Positions 53,147 to 64,000 of a stretch of 64,000 nt of DNA are shown here, one piece after another. Under the pieces are notes generated by a model. It was not told where the DNA came from. It saw only the letters and a program-made list of their open reading frames with translations, and did not search any database. Every line of letters begins with the position of its first letter. Positions within the stretch are counted from its first letter, which is position 1. This DNA is from Candidatus Aminicenantes bacterium (lineage in GTDB: Bacteria; Acidobacteriota; Aminicenantia; Aminicenantales; Saccharicenantaceae): contig CAVWFA010000016.1 of assembly GCA_963754085.1 (NCBI GenBank), positions 540,470 to 604,469 of the forward strand, written 5' to 3'. The translations under genes and the position numbers were made by a program.

Positions 53147-54169
53147 TCAGGGCCGGGCTGCAGAACGGAGGGCGGCCGAGGTCAAGGCCTCCTCGAGCCG
53201 GGCGACCGCTATGGCGCGGTCCGGGTCGCCGAGGATGAGGGCGGCGATGGTGCCAGCCCGCTGGAAAAGGAACCAGCGGCCGGCCTCGTTCCGCCCTTCG
53301 AGGAGGGCCCCCTTCCGCCTGACGCCCCGGAGGTAATCGTTGAACAGCGCCGTCACTCCGGCGTCGACGGCCCCGGCCTCGACGGCCTTCCCCAGCTCGA
53401 CGACGACGAGCTTCGAGACGGCCGGCGCGGTCCCGTATTTCGCCGAGAAGGCCTCGGTGGCGGTCTTCCCGGCTTCCGGTCCGCCGAAACCCCAGAAGTC
53501 CCCTTCGAGGAAGGGCGATTCGCTGCGGGCCGCGACCGGGCCCATGATGTAGCGTCCGCTCGAAGGGACCAGTCCCGCGCGCGGCAACCGGCCCAGCCCT
53601 TCCGGCCGGACGGTCCGCCGCGCCGGGAGCTTCAGGTCGACGGCCGCCATAAACTCGCCGATCTCCCGGTCGGTGCACTCGGGGGCGAGGATGTTGACCA
53701 GGTAGTCGCCCTTGACCAGGTTGGCCTGGCCGGGACTGATCCAGTTGTCCGGCTTGATCTTCGGCCAGCCCGTCTCCCCGCCCTCGAGCTTGGTCGAGTA
53801 GAGGCCGAAGGCCGACGTCCCCGACTCCATCCGGTAGATCTCGAGGACGATCTCCTTCGACGAGGCCGGGTCCGCCGCGGGCTTGAACCGGAACACGGCC
53901 AGCTCGCGGAAGCCGTACGACAGAACGATCTCGGCCCCGCCGTCGATGTAGCCATAGAGCCCGTCCTCGGTGTAGCGGTCGGGCGGCCCGGTCCGCTCCC
54001 AGCCCTTGATCCCGTCGACGGCGCGCATGACGGGCGGGTTGGCGGCCGCGCCGGCCGCGTTGATGCTGTTGCCGACGAGGACGGCTTCCTGGCCCGTGCA
54101 GGCCTCAGAGGGAATGATAAGCGCCGCCGCGGCAAGGATCAACGCCGACAGGCCGGGCCGCAATCTCAA
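53147..54169 (-). CDS. Exported protein, probably DUF6599 family
   Basis: LYGYIDGGAE..YGF..EIYRM..AFGLYS. Confidence 0.7.
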   Translation of the reverse strand: MRLRPGLSALILAAAALIIPSEACTGQEAVLVGNSINAAGAAANPPVMRAVDGIKGWERTGPPDRYTEDGLYGYIDGGAEIVLSYGFRELAVFRFKPAADPASSKEIVLEIYRMESGTSAFGLYSTKLEGGETGWPKIKPDNWISPGQANLVKGDYLVNILAPECTDREIGEFMAAVDLKLPARRTVRPEGLGRLPRAGLVPSSGRYIMGPVAARSESPFLEGDFWGFGGPEAGKTATEAFSAKYGTAPAVSKLVVVELGKAVEAGAVDAGVTALFNDYLRGVRRKGALLEGRNEAGRWFLFQRAGTIAALILGDPDRAIAVARLEEALTSAALRSAARP

Positions 54170-54389
54170 AAGAAACCTCCTCGCGGAGTATATTCCGGAC
54201 CTCCGGGTTCTGGCAAGACTCCTGGCTGTCCAGGGAGCGTACGAGAACGACCTCGTGGATCTCCGTTGAGACGGATCGTGCTCCCTGGGTCGTCTTTAAG
54301 AACGGAGGACAACGGTCATAGACGCCAGGCTTGGAAAGCTGCCTCGAGTGTTGACACGATGACAAGAAATAAATACAATGTAAATACAG

Positions 54390-54682
54390 CTCCACTCCTA
54401 TTCGATTGGAATTAAGGGAAGAGCCGGCGAAACAAACAAAAACACGGGCTATCCTTTGAAGATGCAAAACTCGCTTTCTCTGACGAAAATGCGCTATTGA
54501 TCCATGATCCTGATCACTCAGAAGAGGAAAGCCGTTTCGTCCTTCTTGGCCTTGACGCCAGGTTTGGCCTATTGGTCGTCAGTCATGCCTATCGGGAAGA
54601 CGACCGGATCATCCGGATCATCTCGGCTCGCAGGGCCTCCCGCCGTGAAGCGGAGCAGTATTGGCTAAGGTGGCGGAAATGA
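54390..54682 (+). pseudogene. brnT: BrnT toxin with in-frame TAA (54413-54415) and no clear start codon
   Basis: LLFDWN*GKSRRNKQKHGLSFEDA..DPDHSEEESRFVLLG..IRIISARRA. Confidence 0.8.
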
Positions 54683-54900
54683 GAAAGAACTACGATTTTT
54701 CGAAGGCCGCAAAGAACCCGTATTCCCATATGCTCAAAAAGCAGATCACGATACGGCTCGATGAGGAGACGGTCCAGTATTTCAAGGGCATGGCCAAAGA
54801 AACAGGCATTCCCTATCAAACTCTGATCAATCTCTACTTGCGGGATTGCGCCGCGACGAGCCGAAAGATGTCTTTACGGTGGGACCCGAAGCCCGCTTAG
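54679..54900 (+). CDS. brnA: BrnA/CopG-type antitoxin
   Basis: MRKNYDFSKAAKNPY..KKQITIRLD..YFK..GIPYQTLINLYL. Confidence 0.88.
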   Translation: MRKNYDFSKAAKNPYSHMLKKQITIRLDEETVQYFKGMAKETGIPYQTLINLYLRDCAATSRKMSLRWDPKPA

Positions 54901-55235
54901 GGCTCCCGGACTTCCCTCTCGACGGCGCGCTGAACGAGCTGATTGAGCGAGATGCCGAGCAGGGCGGACTTCCGCGCGGCCTTCCGGTGGAGCTCGGCCG
55001 GCATGCGGATGTTGAAGGTGCCGTTATAAGACTTGAAGACAGGCCGGCCGGCCTGCCGGCACAGCCCGATGTAGTCCTCGACCGCCTCCCGGAAAGCCCT
55101 CTTCAGCTCGTCGACATCGCGTCCCTCGAAGGTCACCAGGTCGTCGAGGCCCTCGATCTTCCCGAAGAAGCAATCGTCCTCGGCGCTGAACTGGACCGAG
55201 CCGATGAAGTCCTGATATCGAAGTGCATTCTTCAT
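54897..55235 (-). CDS. hicB: HicB antitoxin with RHH domain
   Basis: YQDFIGSVQFS..FFGKI..TFEG..AFREAVEDY..YNGTFNIRM..LH..SLNQ. Confidence 0.9.
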   Translation of the reverse strand: MKNALRYQDFIGSVQFSAEDDCFFGKIEGLDDLVTFEGRDVDELKRAFREAVEDYIGLCRQAGRPVFKSYNGTFNIRMPAELHRKAARKSALLGISLNQLVQRAVEREVREP

Positions 55236-55492
55236 TTGATCGTCCCCTTCGCTCTTAGGGCATGTTCGACCAATTCCATCTGATACCTCTTTATGATACT
55301 CCCGGGGTGCGGCCTGTGCAGCCGGATGATATGGCCGTTCCCCCGGTTGAGAAAGGCGACCCGGGAACCGGAAGTCTTCCCGGACCGGATCTCCTCATAG
55401 CCGAGGTCCTTCAACAGGCGGTTCATCTCGTCGAACCTGAAATCCGCCGGTCTGGACAGGAAGCGTCGCAAGGCCTTATCCCGGCGGCTCAT
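55232..55492 (-). CDS. hicA: HicA toxin
   Basis: PADFRFDE..LGY..GKTSGSRVAF..LHRPHP. Confidence 0.9.
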   Translation of the reverse strand: MSRRDKALRRFLSRPADFRFDEMNRLLKDLGYEEIRSGKTSGSRVAFLNRGNGHIIRLHRPHPGSIIKRYQMELVEHALRAKGTIK

Positions 55493-55519
55493 CGATAGAT
55501 TATTCTTCTTTCTCGTTAA

Positions 55520-55542
55520 ATGCAACTAAATAATAGTTGCAT
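55520..55542. promoter_or_regulatory. hicAB operator palindrome
   Basis: ATGCAACTA-aataa-TAGTTGCAT. Confidence 0.7.
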
Positions 55543-55713
55543 GTGACGGATCTTAACGATGAGGGAACAACGGCCCGGAGATGCCTTCGCAGGTCCCGAG
55601 GGCATCGGTCCCGTATCTTGAGACGGCTGGAGCCGGCTCGTTGTCTCATTCAGAAGGTAGGCCGGTAAGCACGGACGGGGGCGTCCACAGACCGGCGAGC
55701 CGGGGCCGTCCTG

Positions 55714-57600
55714 TTACCGCTCGATCGCGCCGATATCGCCGGTCGAATTCCTCGGCCGCGTGACTCCGAGTTGGTCCTGGCCCTCCATGTGGAACATCTC
55801 CGTCGACCGGGTGACCGTGATGCTGACGTGGTCGCCGAGCGGCCCGGTCGTGAAGGTCCCCCAGAAATCGTCGCCGAGGATGACCATCCCCAGCCGGTCT
55901 CCGATGGCCGTGTCCAGATCGTGCCAGAACGCGATCCAGGCCGCGTTCTGGGTGTTCGAGGGCCAGGTGACGGCCGGTCCGTACCAGGTCGTCCCGGTCA
56001 TGTCCCCGAACTCCGTCCCGAAGTCGGCCCCCAGGATCGCGCCGTACTGGGACCGGCACTGGAGGATGACGTGGTTCAGGAAGTCGTCGGTGGGCACGCC
56101 GAACCCGGTGTAGCCCGCGTTGACGTAGGTGACGCTGTAATCCTGGTTGGGGATCTTGTCGACGGCCAGGCCGGTCGGCGGATACCAGAGGACGGCCGGC
56201 TGCCCGGGGTCCACCCCGGCCGAGAGGGCCGTGGGATGGTATTGCGCGCCGGCGACGTCGACCGCCTCTGCCAGCGTGATCCCGTCGTGGTCGCCCGCCT
56301 TGGGCCAGCGCTTGCGGCTGGACATCATCCAGTCGGGCACGGGGACGAGGATCCAGCTGAAGTTGACCCGGCCGACGAGGTTGTAGCCCTGGCTGAAGAG
56401 GTCGAGGATGGAGCCGGCGAACCAGTCTTCGGTCTCGCCGTTCAGGGTGTTGCCGACGACGATCGAGTTCTGGAGCCAGACGGTCTCGACGGTGTGGGCG
56501 TTGCCGATCGTGGCGCACCCGCCGCCTCCGCCGATGTTCGGCTTGCCGCTGAAGGTGGCCAGCTGCCCGGTGACCGCGTTCTCGACGATGGTGCAGGCCG
56601 ACATCCAGAGCGAGCCGCCGCCCATGTAGACGCCGCCGCCGCGGTCGTACCACTGCCCTACATTGGCATAATCCGGATGGTCCTCGACCAGGTTCCGGGC
56701 GATGGTGCAGTTGGTCAGGAACATGGTGGCCAGGTTGACCGGCCCGCCCGACAGGGTGAAGATGCCGCCGCCGTAGGCGTGATTGGCGGTGACCCGGTTG
56801 CCGCTGATGGTGCAGCGTTTCAGAGAGGCGTCGTTGCCGCGGCCGCCCGTCCGGTCCGCGCCGCCGACGGAATAGATGCCGCCGCCGCCGGCGCCGTAGG
56901 CGGTGGCCACGTTGCCGCTGATGACGCAGTCATTGAGGTCGAGCCCGTTGGCGTAGATGCCGCCGCCGTACGTGCCGCGGTCCCGGGCGGAGCCCGTTTC
57001 TCCTTCGCAGGTGTTCCCGATGACGGCGCAATCGTAGAGCTGGGCCGTGCCCCAGACCGCCAGTCCGCCGCCCCGGGCCAGCGTGTAGGGCTGGGTGCCG
57101 GCGGCGATGGCCTCGGTCTGGGAATAGCCCGACTCGACGGTCACGTTCCACATGGTCAGATCGCCGTAGACGGCCAGCACCCGGGCGTGGCTGGCCCCGC
57201 CGCCGCCCCACCTGACCGTGATCCCGTTCGGCAGGTCCGAGGCGTCGATCTTGAGGTTCTTGCGGGCGTAGAGGGCCGACTTGCCGTAGTCCCGCTCCTG
57301 ATAGCCGGAGTACACGTTGTTGACGTAGACCTCGCCCATGAGGACCGAGTGCTCCTCGCCGATGACGGTCAGCAGGACGGTGTCGCCGTCGAGCGAGCTG
57401 TCGAAGGTGATGGTGTCGCCCGAGGCCGCCGCTTCGAGGGCCGACCGCAGCGTGACCGTTCCGGCCGGCGGCGAGGCGACGTCATCGAGGGAATTGACCA
57501 CGAGCTCAGGATCTGTCGTGTTATCGTTCGAGGAACATCCGCCGGCGGCGAGGGCCAAGGCCAGCGGAAGGACCCACATTGCCAGACGAGAACGCTTCAT
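55714..57600 (-). CDS. Surface lipoprotein with Gly-rich right-handed beta-helix (choice-of-anchor Q-like C-terminus)
   Basis: LAAGGC; VVNSLDD..TLRSAL; GGGIY/ISGN repeats; DQLG..R..DIGAIE. Confidence 0.75.
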   Translation of the reverse strand: MKRSRLAMWVLPLALALAAGGCSSNDNTTDPELVVNSLDDVASPPAGTVTLRSALEAAASGDTITFDSSLDGDTVLLTVIGEEHSVLMGEVYVNNVYSGYQERDYGKSALYARKNLKIDASDLPNGITVRWGGGGASHARVLAVYGDLTMWNVTVESGYSQTEAIAAGTQPYTLARGGGLAVWGTAQLYDCAVIGNTCEGETGSARDRGTYGGGIYANGLDLNDCVISGNVATAYGAGGGGIYSVGGADRTGGRGNDASLKRCTISGNRVTANHAYGGGIFTLSGGPVNLATMFLTNCTIARNLVEDHPDYANVGQWYDRGGGVYMGGGSLWMSACTIVENAVTGQLATFSGKPNIGGGGGCATIGNAHTVETVWLQNSIVVGNTLNGETEDWFAGSILDLFSQGYNLVGRVNFSWILVPVPDWMMSSRKRWPKAGDHDGITLAEAVDVAGAQYHPTALSAGVDPGQPAVLWYPPTGLAVDKIPNQDYSVTYVNAGYTGFGVPTDDFLNHVILQCRSQYGAILGADFGTEFGDMTGTTWYGPAVTWPSNTQNAAWIAFWHDLDTAIGDRLGMVILGDDFWGTFTTGPLGDHVSITVTRSTEMFHMEGQDQLGVTRPRNSTGDIGAIER

Positions 57601-57819
57601 CGGAGAACCTCCTTATCGGCCGAGTACCCACCGTCCATCGACGGAACCAGTATAGGCCGTTTCCGCCGGAGTTTACAAATCCCCCCTGGTCCCGCCCCGT
57701 TCTTGACCGAATCTTGACGCGATCTTCACATCAAGTTGACACCTCCGCCCCAGGGAGCCATTATGGTAATGGCGGCCGATGGAAGGGGAGACGGATCCCA
57801 TCTGAAAAGGGGAACGGCG

Positions 57820-59487
57820 ATGACAAGGCATCTCCGGCTGGCTGCCGCCTTGGCCGCGGCGCTTCTGGCGACGGCCTGCACGGTCTACAAGTTCAAGGAG
57901 CTCGACGGCCCGGCCCTGGCCAAGTCCAAGAAGGGCACGATCATGCAGGTGCAGACCGCCGACGACACCGTCGCCTTCTCCCCGAGCGACCCCCCCGTGG
58001 TCAAGGACGGCGCCGTCGTCGGCGGCCTCCACATGACCTATTCGGTCGATCCGCAGGACATCGTCGAGCTCAGCCCCGAAAAGAAGGCGGCCCGGATCGT
58101 GCTGAAGGACGGCACCCGGTTCCTCGTCGCTTCCAGCGCGGCCGACGGCGAGAGGATCCTCTGCCAAGCCGTCAAGCCCGTGTCGATCCCTCTCGACGAG
58201 ATCGTCCGGGCCCAGGTCCGGACGGTCAATACCGGAGCTTCCGTCTTCAACACGTTCGCCGGCGTCCTGCTCGTCGCCGGCGCCGTGGCCCTCGACTTCG
58301 CGCTCAATACCGACGATGGCGAATTCGATCCGACCGATTCGTTCACGGTCGATCTCGCGTTCTCCTTCCTCGAATCCGTCCCCGAGTTCATCGCCGAGGA
58401 TAAGGGCCGGCGGTCCAACTTCGCCATCCTGGGGATGATGGACGCTTCGAACGTCGCCGGAGAGAAAGAGTTCTGGACCGTGGAATGGACGCCCGTCGAG
58501 GCCCGGCCGGGCGAAGACGGCAGGCTGCGCGTGACGCTCGACAACGCTTCGGCCGTGCCGCGCGGCGTCGATGAGGCCAAGCTCGTCGTCGTCGACCATC
58601 CGCCGGGCGTGGCCGTCGCGCCGGACATCCTCGGCGCCGTGCGCTCGTATGCCGGCCCCGTCCCTCCCGTGAGCGCGACCGACAGGAGCGGAGCGGACAT
58701 CCGCGAGCTCGTCGCGGCCAGGGACGGGAACTGCTGGCGGACGGCCGGAGGGGATCCGGCGCCAGGAAAGAAGGGACTGGCGCGCGACCAGATCAATCTC
58801 TCCTTCCCCCGGCCGAAGGGCGCCCACCACGCCAGGCTCATCGTCGGCGTCTCGAACACGGCCTGGCGCTCCGAGTTCGCCCGGGAGGTCCTGGCCCGGA
58901 CCGCCCCGTCCCCGCCGGCGCCTCCAGCCGCCCCCGCCGGGAAGCCCCCGAAGGCTCTCCGGCCCGCGGAGTTCGCGAGTCCCTCAGGCTACAGGAACTG
59001 GGAATTCACGACCCTTCGCGTCCGGGTGATGACGGTCCTCGGTTGGCAGACCGGACAGGTGCTCTTCGCGGTCGGGCCGCGGCCCGCCGAGGACATGATC
59101 TACGACATCGACCTGAGCGACATCCCTGGGGACAAGGTCCTGCTCCAGCTCTCGCCCCCGGCCGGCTACTGGCTCATCGACCACCTGGCCCTCGATTTCG
59201 GCAAGGACGGCGCCCTGGAGACGTCTGAGATCGCTCCCGAGGCCGTGGACGATCCCGACGCGGCCGAGGTCCTCAAGGCTATCGCCGGCGAGGACGCGAC
59301 GACGTTCGTCCTCTATCCCGCCGATCCCGCGTCCGAGCTGACCTTCACCCTGCCGCCGCCCAAGAGGGGGATGGAGCGGACCGTCTTCCTGCGGACCGTC
59401 AGCTGCTACGAAATGCCTCCGCCCAAGGCCGACGAGAAGAAGATCGGAACAGGGGATGGGGGACATGCGCACCCCGGCTTTGAATGA
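57820..59487 (+). CDS. Hypothetical lipoprotein
   Basis: LLATAC lipobox, internal hydrophobic segment, DEAKLVVVDHP. Confidence 0.7.
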   Translation: MTRHLRLAAALAAALLATACTVYKFKELDGPALAKSKKGTIMQVQTADDTVAFSPSDPPVVKDGAVVGGLHMTYSVDPQDIVELSPEKKAARIVLKDGTRFLVASSAADGERILCQAVKPVSIPLDEIVRAQVRTVNTGASVFNTFAGVLLVAGAVALDFALNTDDGEFDPTDSFTVDLAFSFLESVPEFIAEDKGRRSNFAILGMMDASNVAGEKEFWTVEWTPVEARPGEDGRLRVTLDNASAVPRGVDEAKLVVVDHPPGVAVAPDILGAVRSYAGPVPPVSATDRSGADIRELVAARDGNCWRTAGGDPAPGKKGLARDQINLSFPRPKGAHHARLIVGVSNTAWRSEFAREVLARTAPSPPAPPAAPAGKPPKALRPAEFASPSGYRNWEFTTLRVRVMTVLGWQTGQVLFAVGPRPAEDMIYDIDLSDIPGDKVLLQLSPPAGYWLIDHLALDFGKDGALETSEIAPEAVDDPDAAEVLKAIAGEDATTFVLYPADPASELTFTLPPPKRGMERTVFLRTVSCYEMPPPKADEKKIGTGDGGHAHPGFE

Positions 59488-60214
59488 CCTCGTTCCGCGA
59501 ACCTCGGCCCTCCGGCGCGTGGCGGCGGCCGTCTTCTTCGCCGTGTTGCTGCTCCGTCCCATCCCGTCGTTCGGGCAACCGGCGCGTTCTCCGGACGGCT
59601 TGAGAGGCTTTGCCCTGGGCGGGCTCTTCCCGTCAGGGGCCTTCGACAGCCACGTCGGCCGGGACGGCGCCGTGGGGGCCATCTATCTGGCCTTCAGATC
59701 GGGGCTTTCCCCCATCTTTGTCGGTTTCGAGCTCTCGGGCAGCTATTACGGCCACGTCCACCGCCACGCGTACATGGACAACATCCCCGAGGTCCAGCTG
59801 GACGTCCACACCTACAACAACATCATTCAGGGGCTCTTCTTCTTGAGGCTCCAGCCGCGCGTCGGGGACGTTTCGCCCTACGTCGAAGGCCTGGCCGGGG
59901 TCAGCTACATCTTCACGGACACGACGGTCAGCGACGACGACGCCGAGGACGATGTCGCCTATGACATCAATTTCGACGATTGGACGGTGACGGCCGGGGC
60001 CGGAGCGGGGGTCGTCGTCCGCCTGCGCGGGCGGCCCGGCGGCGGAGGGAGAGGCACGTTCCTCGATTTCAAGGTCCGCTACATGGCCGGGGGCCGCGCT
60101 TCGTACCTGAGCCAGGGGGGGCTGGTCGTCGACGGAGACCGGGTCAGCTATAACGTCGACCGCTCGGCGACGAACTTCTTCACGGTCCAGGCCGGCCTGA
60201 CCTGGTTCTTCTAG
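59465..60214 (+). CDS. Outer-membrane beta-barrel protein
   Basis: Amphipathic strands, SPYVEGLAG, C-terminal VQAGLTWFF. Confidence 0.75.
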   Translation: MRTPALNDLVPRTSALRRVAAAVFFAVLLLRPIPSFGQPARSPDGLRGFALGGLFPSGAFDSHVGRDGAVGAIYLAFRSGLSPIFVGFELSGSYYGHVHRHAYMDNIPEVQLDVHTYNNIIQGLFFLRLQPRVGDVSPYVEGLAGVSYIFTDTTVSDDDAEDDVAYDINFDDWTVTAGAGAGVVVRLRGRPGGGGRGTFLDFKVRYMAGGRASYLSQGGLVVDGDRVSYNVDRSATNFFTVQAGLTWFF

Positions 60215-60275
60215 GCCTCCGGCGAAAGCTCTGCCGGCGGGTGCCAATATTCCCGAAATCCTCTAGAATAGAAGG

Positions 60276-63150
60276 ATGAGCACCAAGCCCCGCCTCCGTT
60301 TCGCCCTGCCCCTGTTACTGACCGTCGTCCTGTCGGTCGTTTCTCTCGTCCCGCCGGACCCCGCCCGGGCCCAGGACCAGGCGGCCGCCGCCCTGGCCGC
60401 CCAGGAGGCCCCGTACACCCTCGGCCAGAAGATCCCGGTCGATCCCCGGATCACGGTCGGCGAGCTCGCCGAACGGCCTCCGCTACTGGATCCGCGAGAA
60501 CCGGGAGCCGAAGAACCGGGCCGAGCTGCGCCTGGTCGTCAACGCCGGCTCGGTCCTCGAGGACGAGGACCAGCGCGGCCTGGCCCACGTCGTCGAGCAC
60601 CTGGCCTTCAACGGCACGACGCATTTCCCGCAGCAGAAGCTGGTCGATTTCATGGAGTCGATCGGCATGCGCTTCGGCTCCGACCTCAACGCCTTTACCA
60701 GCTTCGACGAGACGATCTATGTCCTCCAGGTCCCCATGGATTCGCAGGCCATCCTGGACAACGCGTTCCTCATCCTCGAGGACTGGGCCCACAACGTGAC
60801 CTTCGACCCCAAGGCCATCGACAAGGAGCGGGGCATCATCGTCGAGGAGTGGCGGCTCGGCCAGGGCGCCGCGGCCCGGATGCGCGACAAGCAGATCCCC
60901 GTCCTCCTGGCCGGCTCGCGCTACGCCGAGCGCCTGCCCGACGGGAAGAAGGAGGTCATCGAGAGCTTCGCCTACGACACCCTGAAACGCTTCTACCGGA
61001 CCTGGTACCGGCCGAACCTCATGGCCGTCATCGCCGTGGGCGATTTCGACAAGGCCCGCATCGAAGGGCTCGTCAAGAAGCACTTCGGGCCCCTGACCAA
61101 TCCGCCCGGCGCCCCGGCCCATCCGAGCTATCCGGTGCCGGACCACGACGGGACGCTTTTCGCCATCACCCCGGACAAGGAGGCGTCCCAGAGCGTCGTG
61201 GCCGTCTATCACAAGCTCCCCGCGGCCGACCAGAGCACGGTCGGCTCCTACCGCCGGATGCTCGTCGAGCGGCTCTTCAACGACATGATCAACGACCGGC
61301 TCACCGAGATCGCCCAGAAGCCCGATCCGCCGTTCCTCGGCGCCGTCTCGAGCCGGGGGCGGTTCGTCGGCTCCAAGGACGCCTACGTCCTCTCGGCCCT
61401 CGTCGGCGACGGCGGCATCCCCAAGGGGCTGCGGGCCCTTTACACGGAAGGGGAGCGGGTGGCCCGCTTCGGCTTCACGGCGACCGAGCTCGAGCGCCGC
61501 AAGGCGACGGCCATGCGCTACTTCGAACGGGCCCTGGCCGAGAAGGAGACCGCGGACTCCAACAGCTACGCCGAGGAGTTCACCCGGGCCTTCCTCGAGG
61601 GCGAGCCGACGCCCGGCATCCAGTACGAGTACGACCTGCACAAGCAGTTCCTGCCCGGCATCGGCCTCGAGGAGGTCAACGCCCTGGCCCGCGAGTGGAT
61701 GACCGACCGGAACCGGGTCGTCATGGCCAGCCTGCCGGAGAAACCCGGCGTCGCCGTGCCGACCGAGGCCGAGCTCCGGAAGGTCCTGGCGGACGTCCAG
61801 ACCGAGATGGGCATCGCCGCCTACGAGGACACGACGACGGACGCGCCGTTGCTGGCCGCGGAGCCGGCGGCGGGCGAGATCGTCGCGCGGCGCGAGATCC
61901 CCGAGGTCGGCGTTACGGAATGGACGCTCTCGAACGGCGCCCGCGTCGTTCTCAAGCCGACGAAGTTCAAAGAGGACGAGATCCTCTTCCAGGCCACGAG
62001 CCCGGGCGGCATCTCGATCGCCGAGGACATGAACCTCGTCCCGGCCAACACGGCCGACCAGGTCGTGCCGGCCGGCGGGCTGGGCGTCTTCAGCGCCGTC
62101 GACCTCGAGAAGAAGCTGGCCGGCAAGGCCGTCAGCATCCGGCCGTCCATCGACGAGCTCGAGGAGGGCCTGTCGGCGAGCGCCTCGCCCAAGGACGCCG
62201 AGATCCTCTTCCAGCTCGTCTACATGACCTTCACCGAGCCGCGGCCCGACCCGGTCGTCTTCGACGTCCTCAAATCCCAGCTCAAGACCTATCTCGAGAA
62301 CCGGACCAAGAGCCCGGAGACGGTCTTCACCGACACCCTGCGCACGACGCTGCAGCGGGACCAGCCCCGGTTCCGGCCCATGACGGTCGAGGAGATCCCC
62401 CTGCTCAGCCTGGAGAAGTCCCTGGCCTTCTACCGCGACCGGTTCGCCGACGCCAGCGATTTCACCTTCGTCCTGGTCGGCAACCTGGACCTGGCCGCGA
62501 TCGAGCCGCTCGTCAAGCGCTACCTGGCCTCGCTGCCGTCCCTGAACCGGAAGGAGACCTGGAAGGACTGGCGGGTCTCGCCGCCCGAGGGCGTCGTCAA
62601 GCGGACGGTCGAGAAGGGCGTCGAGCCCAAGAGCATGACCGCCATCGTCTTCTCCGGCCCCTTCAAGGACGATCCCGGCGGCCGCATCAACATCCGGGCG
62701 GCTGGGCAGATCCTCGAGAGCCGCCTGCGCAAGCTCCTGCGCGAGAAGCTCAGCGGCACCTACGACGTGAGCGTCAGGCCGTCCTACGGACGGATCCCCC
62801 GCGAGGAGTTCCGCGTGTCGATCGACCTCGGCACGGACCCCGACCGCATGGACGAGATGACCAAGGCCATTTTCTCCGAGATCAAGAAGATGCAGAAGAA
62901 GGGCCCGGCCGCCGCGGAGGTCGACGAGATCCGCCTGGCCGAGTCCCGCAGCTACGAGACCGACAGCCGCCAGAACGGCTGGTGGCTCCAGGAGCTGTCT
63001 TCCAGCTACTGGCTGGGCGAGGACCCGGCGGCGATCGTCAAGTTCCCCGAGTCGCTCAAGCTCCTGACCCGCGATTCGGTCAAGGCCGCGGCCCGGACGT
63101 ACTTCAACACGAAGCGCTACGTCCAGGTCACGCTGTACCCCGAAAAGTGA
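60276..63150 (+). CDS. M16 zinc protease (PqqL-like); frameshift near 60468
   Basis: GLAHVVEHLAFNGT (HxxEH), NAFTSFDETIY, TLSNGARVVLKPT. Confidence 0.92.
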
Positions 63151-63297
63151 CGGGCCGCTTCACTCGTAGTGCGTCCACATCCGGATGACGGCGGGTCCGC
63201 CGTCTCCGGTCGGGTTCCCTTGACTTCAATTCTCTCCCGGCGCTATTATCATCTTGGCAAAGGGAAACGGCTCGAAATTCCGGGGGAGGTGTCCGTC

Positions 63298-64000
63298 ATG
63301 AAAACGCGTGCGGTGGTCTCTTTCGTCGTCGCCCTGGCCCTGGCGTTCCCGCTTCAGGGGGCCCAGGCGAAGTGGGAGAGGGTCGGCGACTCTCGGGTGG
63401 AAACGGTCATGGCCCTGGCCGTAAGCGGGACGACCGTCTTCGCCGCCGCGTCCGGGGGGGTCCTGCGGTCGGCCGACGCGGGCCAGAGTTGGGGCGCCGG
63501 AACCGGGCTCCCCGAAGACACCTTCTTCTCGTGTCTCGTCGTATCCGGGGCCGGCGTCCTGGCCGGCACGATCGGGAGCGGGGTCTTCATTTCCAAGGAC
63601 GGCGGCGCTTCATGGGCCGCGGCCAATTCGGGGCTGACCAACAATTCGGTCATGTCCCTGGCGACGGACGGAGCGAACCTGTTCGCCGCCACGATGGGCG
63701 GCGGCGTCTTCATCTCGAAGGACGGCGGCGCGCGCTGGGTCAAGGCCGCCTCGGGTCTACCCAAGGGCACCTCGATCAATTGCGTCTTCGCCCGCGGATC
63801 GGACCTCTTTGCCGGCACGGACTATCGCGGTCTCTTCGTTTCCGGCGACGACGGCGGGCACTGGAAGGAGATCCTCTCGAAGATCGACAGGCAGAATCCG
63901 GTCTCCTGCATTATCGCCTGCGGGGAGAGAATTTATGCCGGCACCGTCAACGGCGTCTTCTGTTCCGGCGACGGCGGGCGAAGCTGGAACAACCCGTGTT
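63298..64000 (+). CDS. Exported BNR/Asp-box beta-propeller protein (3' truncated by window edge)
   Basis: SD GGAGG; MKTRAVVSFVVALALAFPLQGAQA; repeated S-x-D-G-G-x-x-W. Confidence 0.8.
   Translation, partial: MKTRAVVSFVVALALAFPLQGAQAKWERVGDSRVETVMALAVSGTTVFAAASGGVLRSADAGQSWGAGTGLPEDTFFSCLVVSGAGVLAGTIGSGVFISKDGGASWAAANSGLTNNSVMSLATDGANLFAATMGGGVFISKDGGARWVKAASGLPKGTSINCVFARGSDLFAGTDYRGLFVSGDDGGHWKEILSKIDRQNPVSCIIACGERIYAGTVNGVFCSGDGGRSWNNPC

Overview
High-GC bacterial chromosomal segment. Its gene content suggests an anaerobic Acidobacteriota/Ca. Aminicenantia-like organism (inference). About ten isolated 1-bp frameshifts in unrelated genes suggest an unpolished long-read assembly. The backbone comprises the end of the ATP synthase operon (atpA'-G-D-C), mfd with two SurA-like PPIases, envC/S41/yibQ, pdaD, glycerate kinase, an M20 peptidase with a YfcC transporter, an M16 protease, a TonB-dependent receptor and many exported or outer-membrane proteins. 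Most notable: (1) eight type II toxin-antitoxin modules at seven separate loci, often tail-to-tail against a host gene, most with a visible promoter and/or operator, and no integrase or transposase; (2) several families of intergenic REP/REPIN-like palindromes, one showing a compensatory substitution; (3) two unannotated, extensively base-paired non-coding elements at about 10050-10400 and 14987-15160; (4) a self-contained promoter/RBS/20-aa Cys peptide/terminator unit missed by the ORF track; (5) a tandem OMP duplication with diverged loops and a duplication scar; (6) an S41 protease lacking its catalytic residues. No CRISPR array, rRNA or tRNA was seen.
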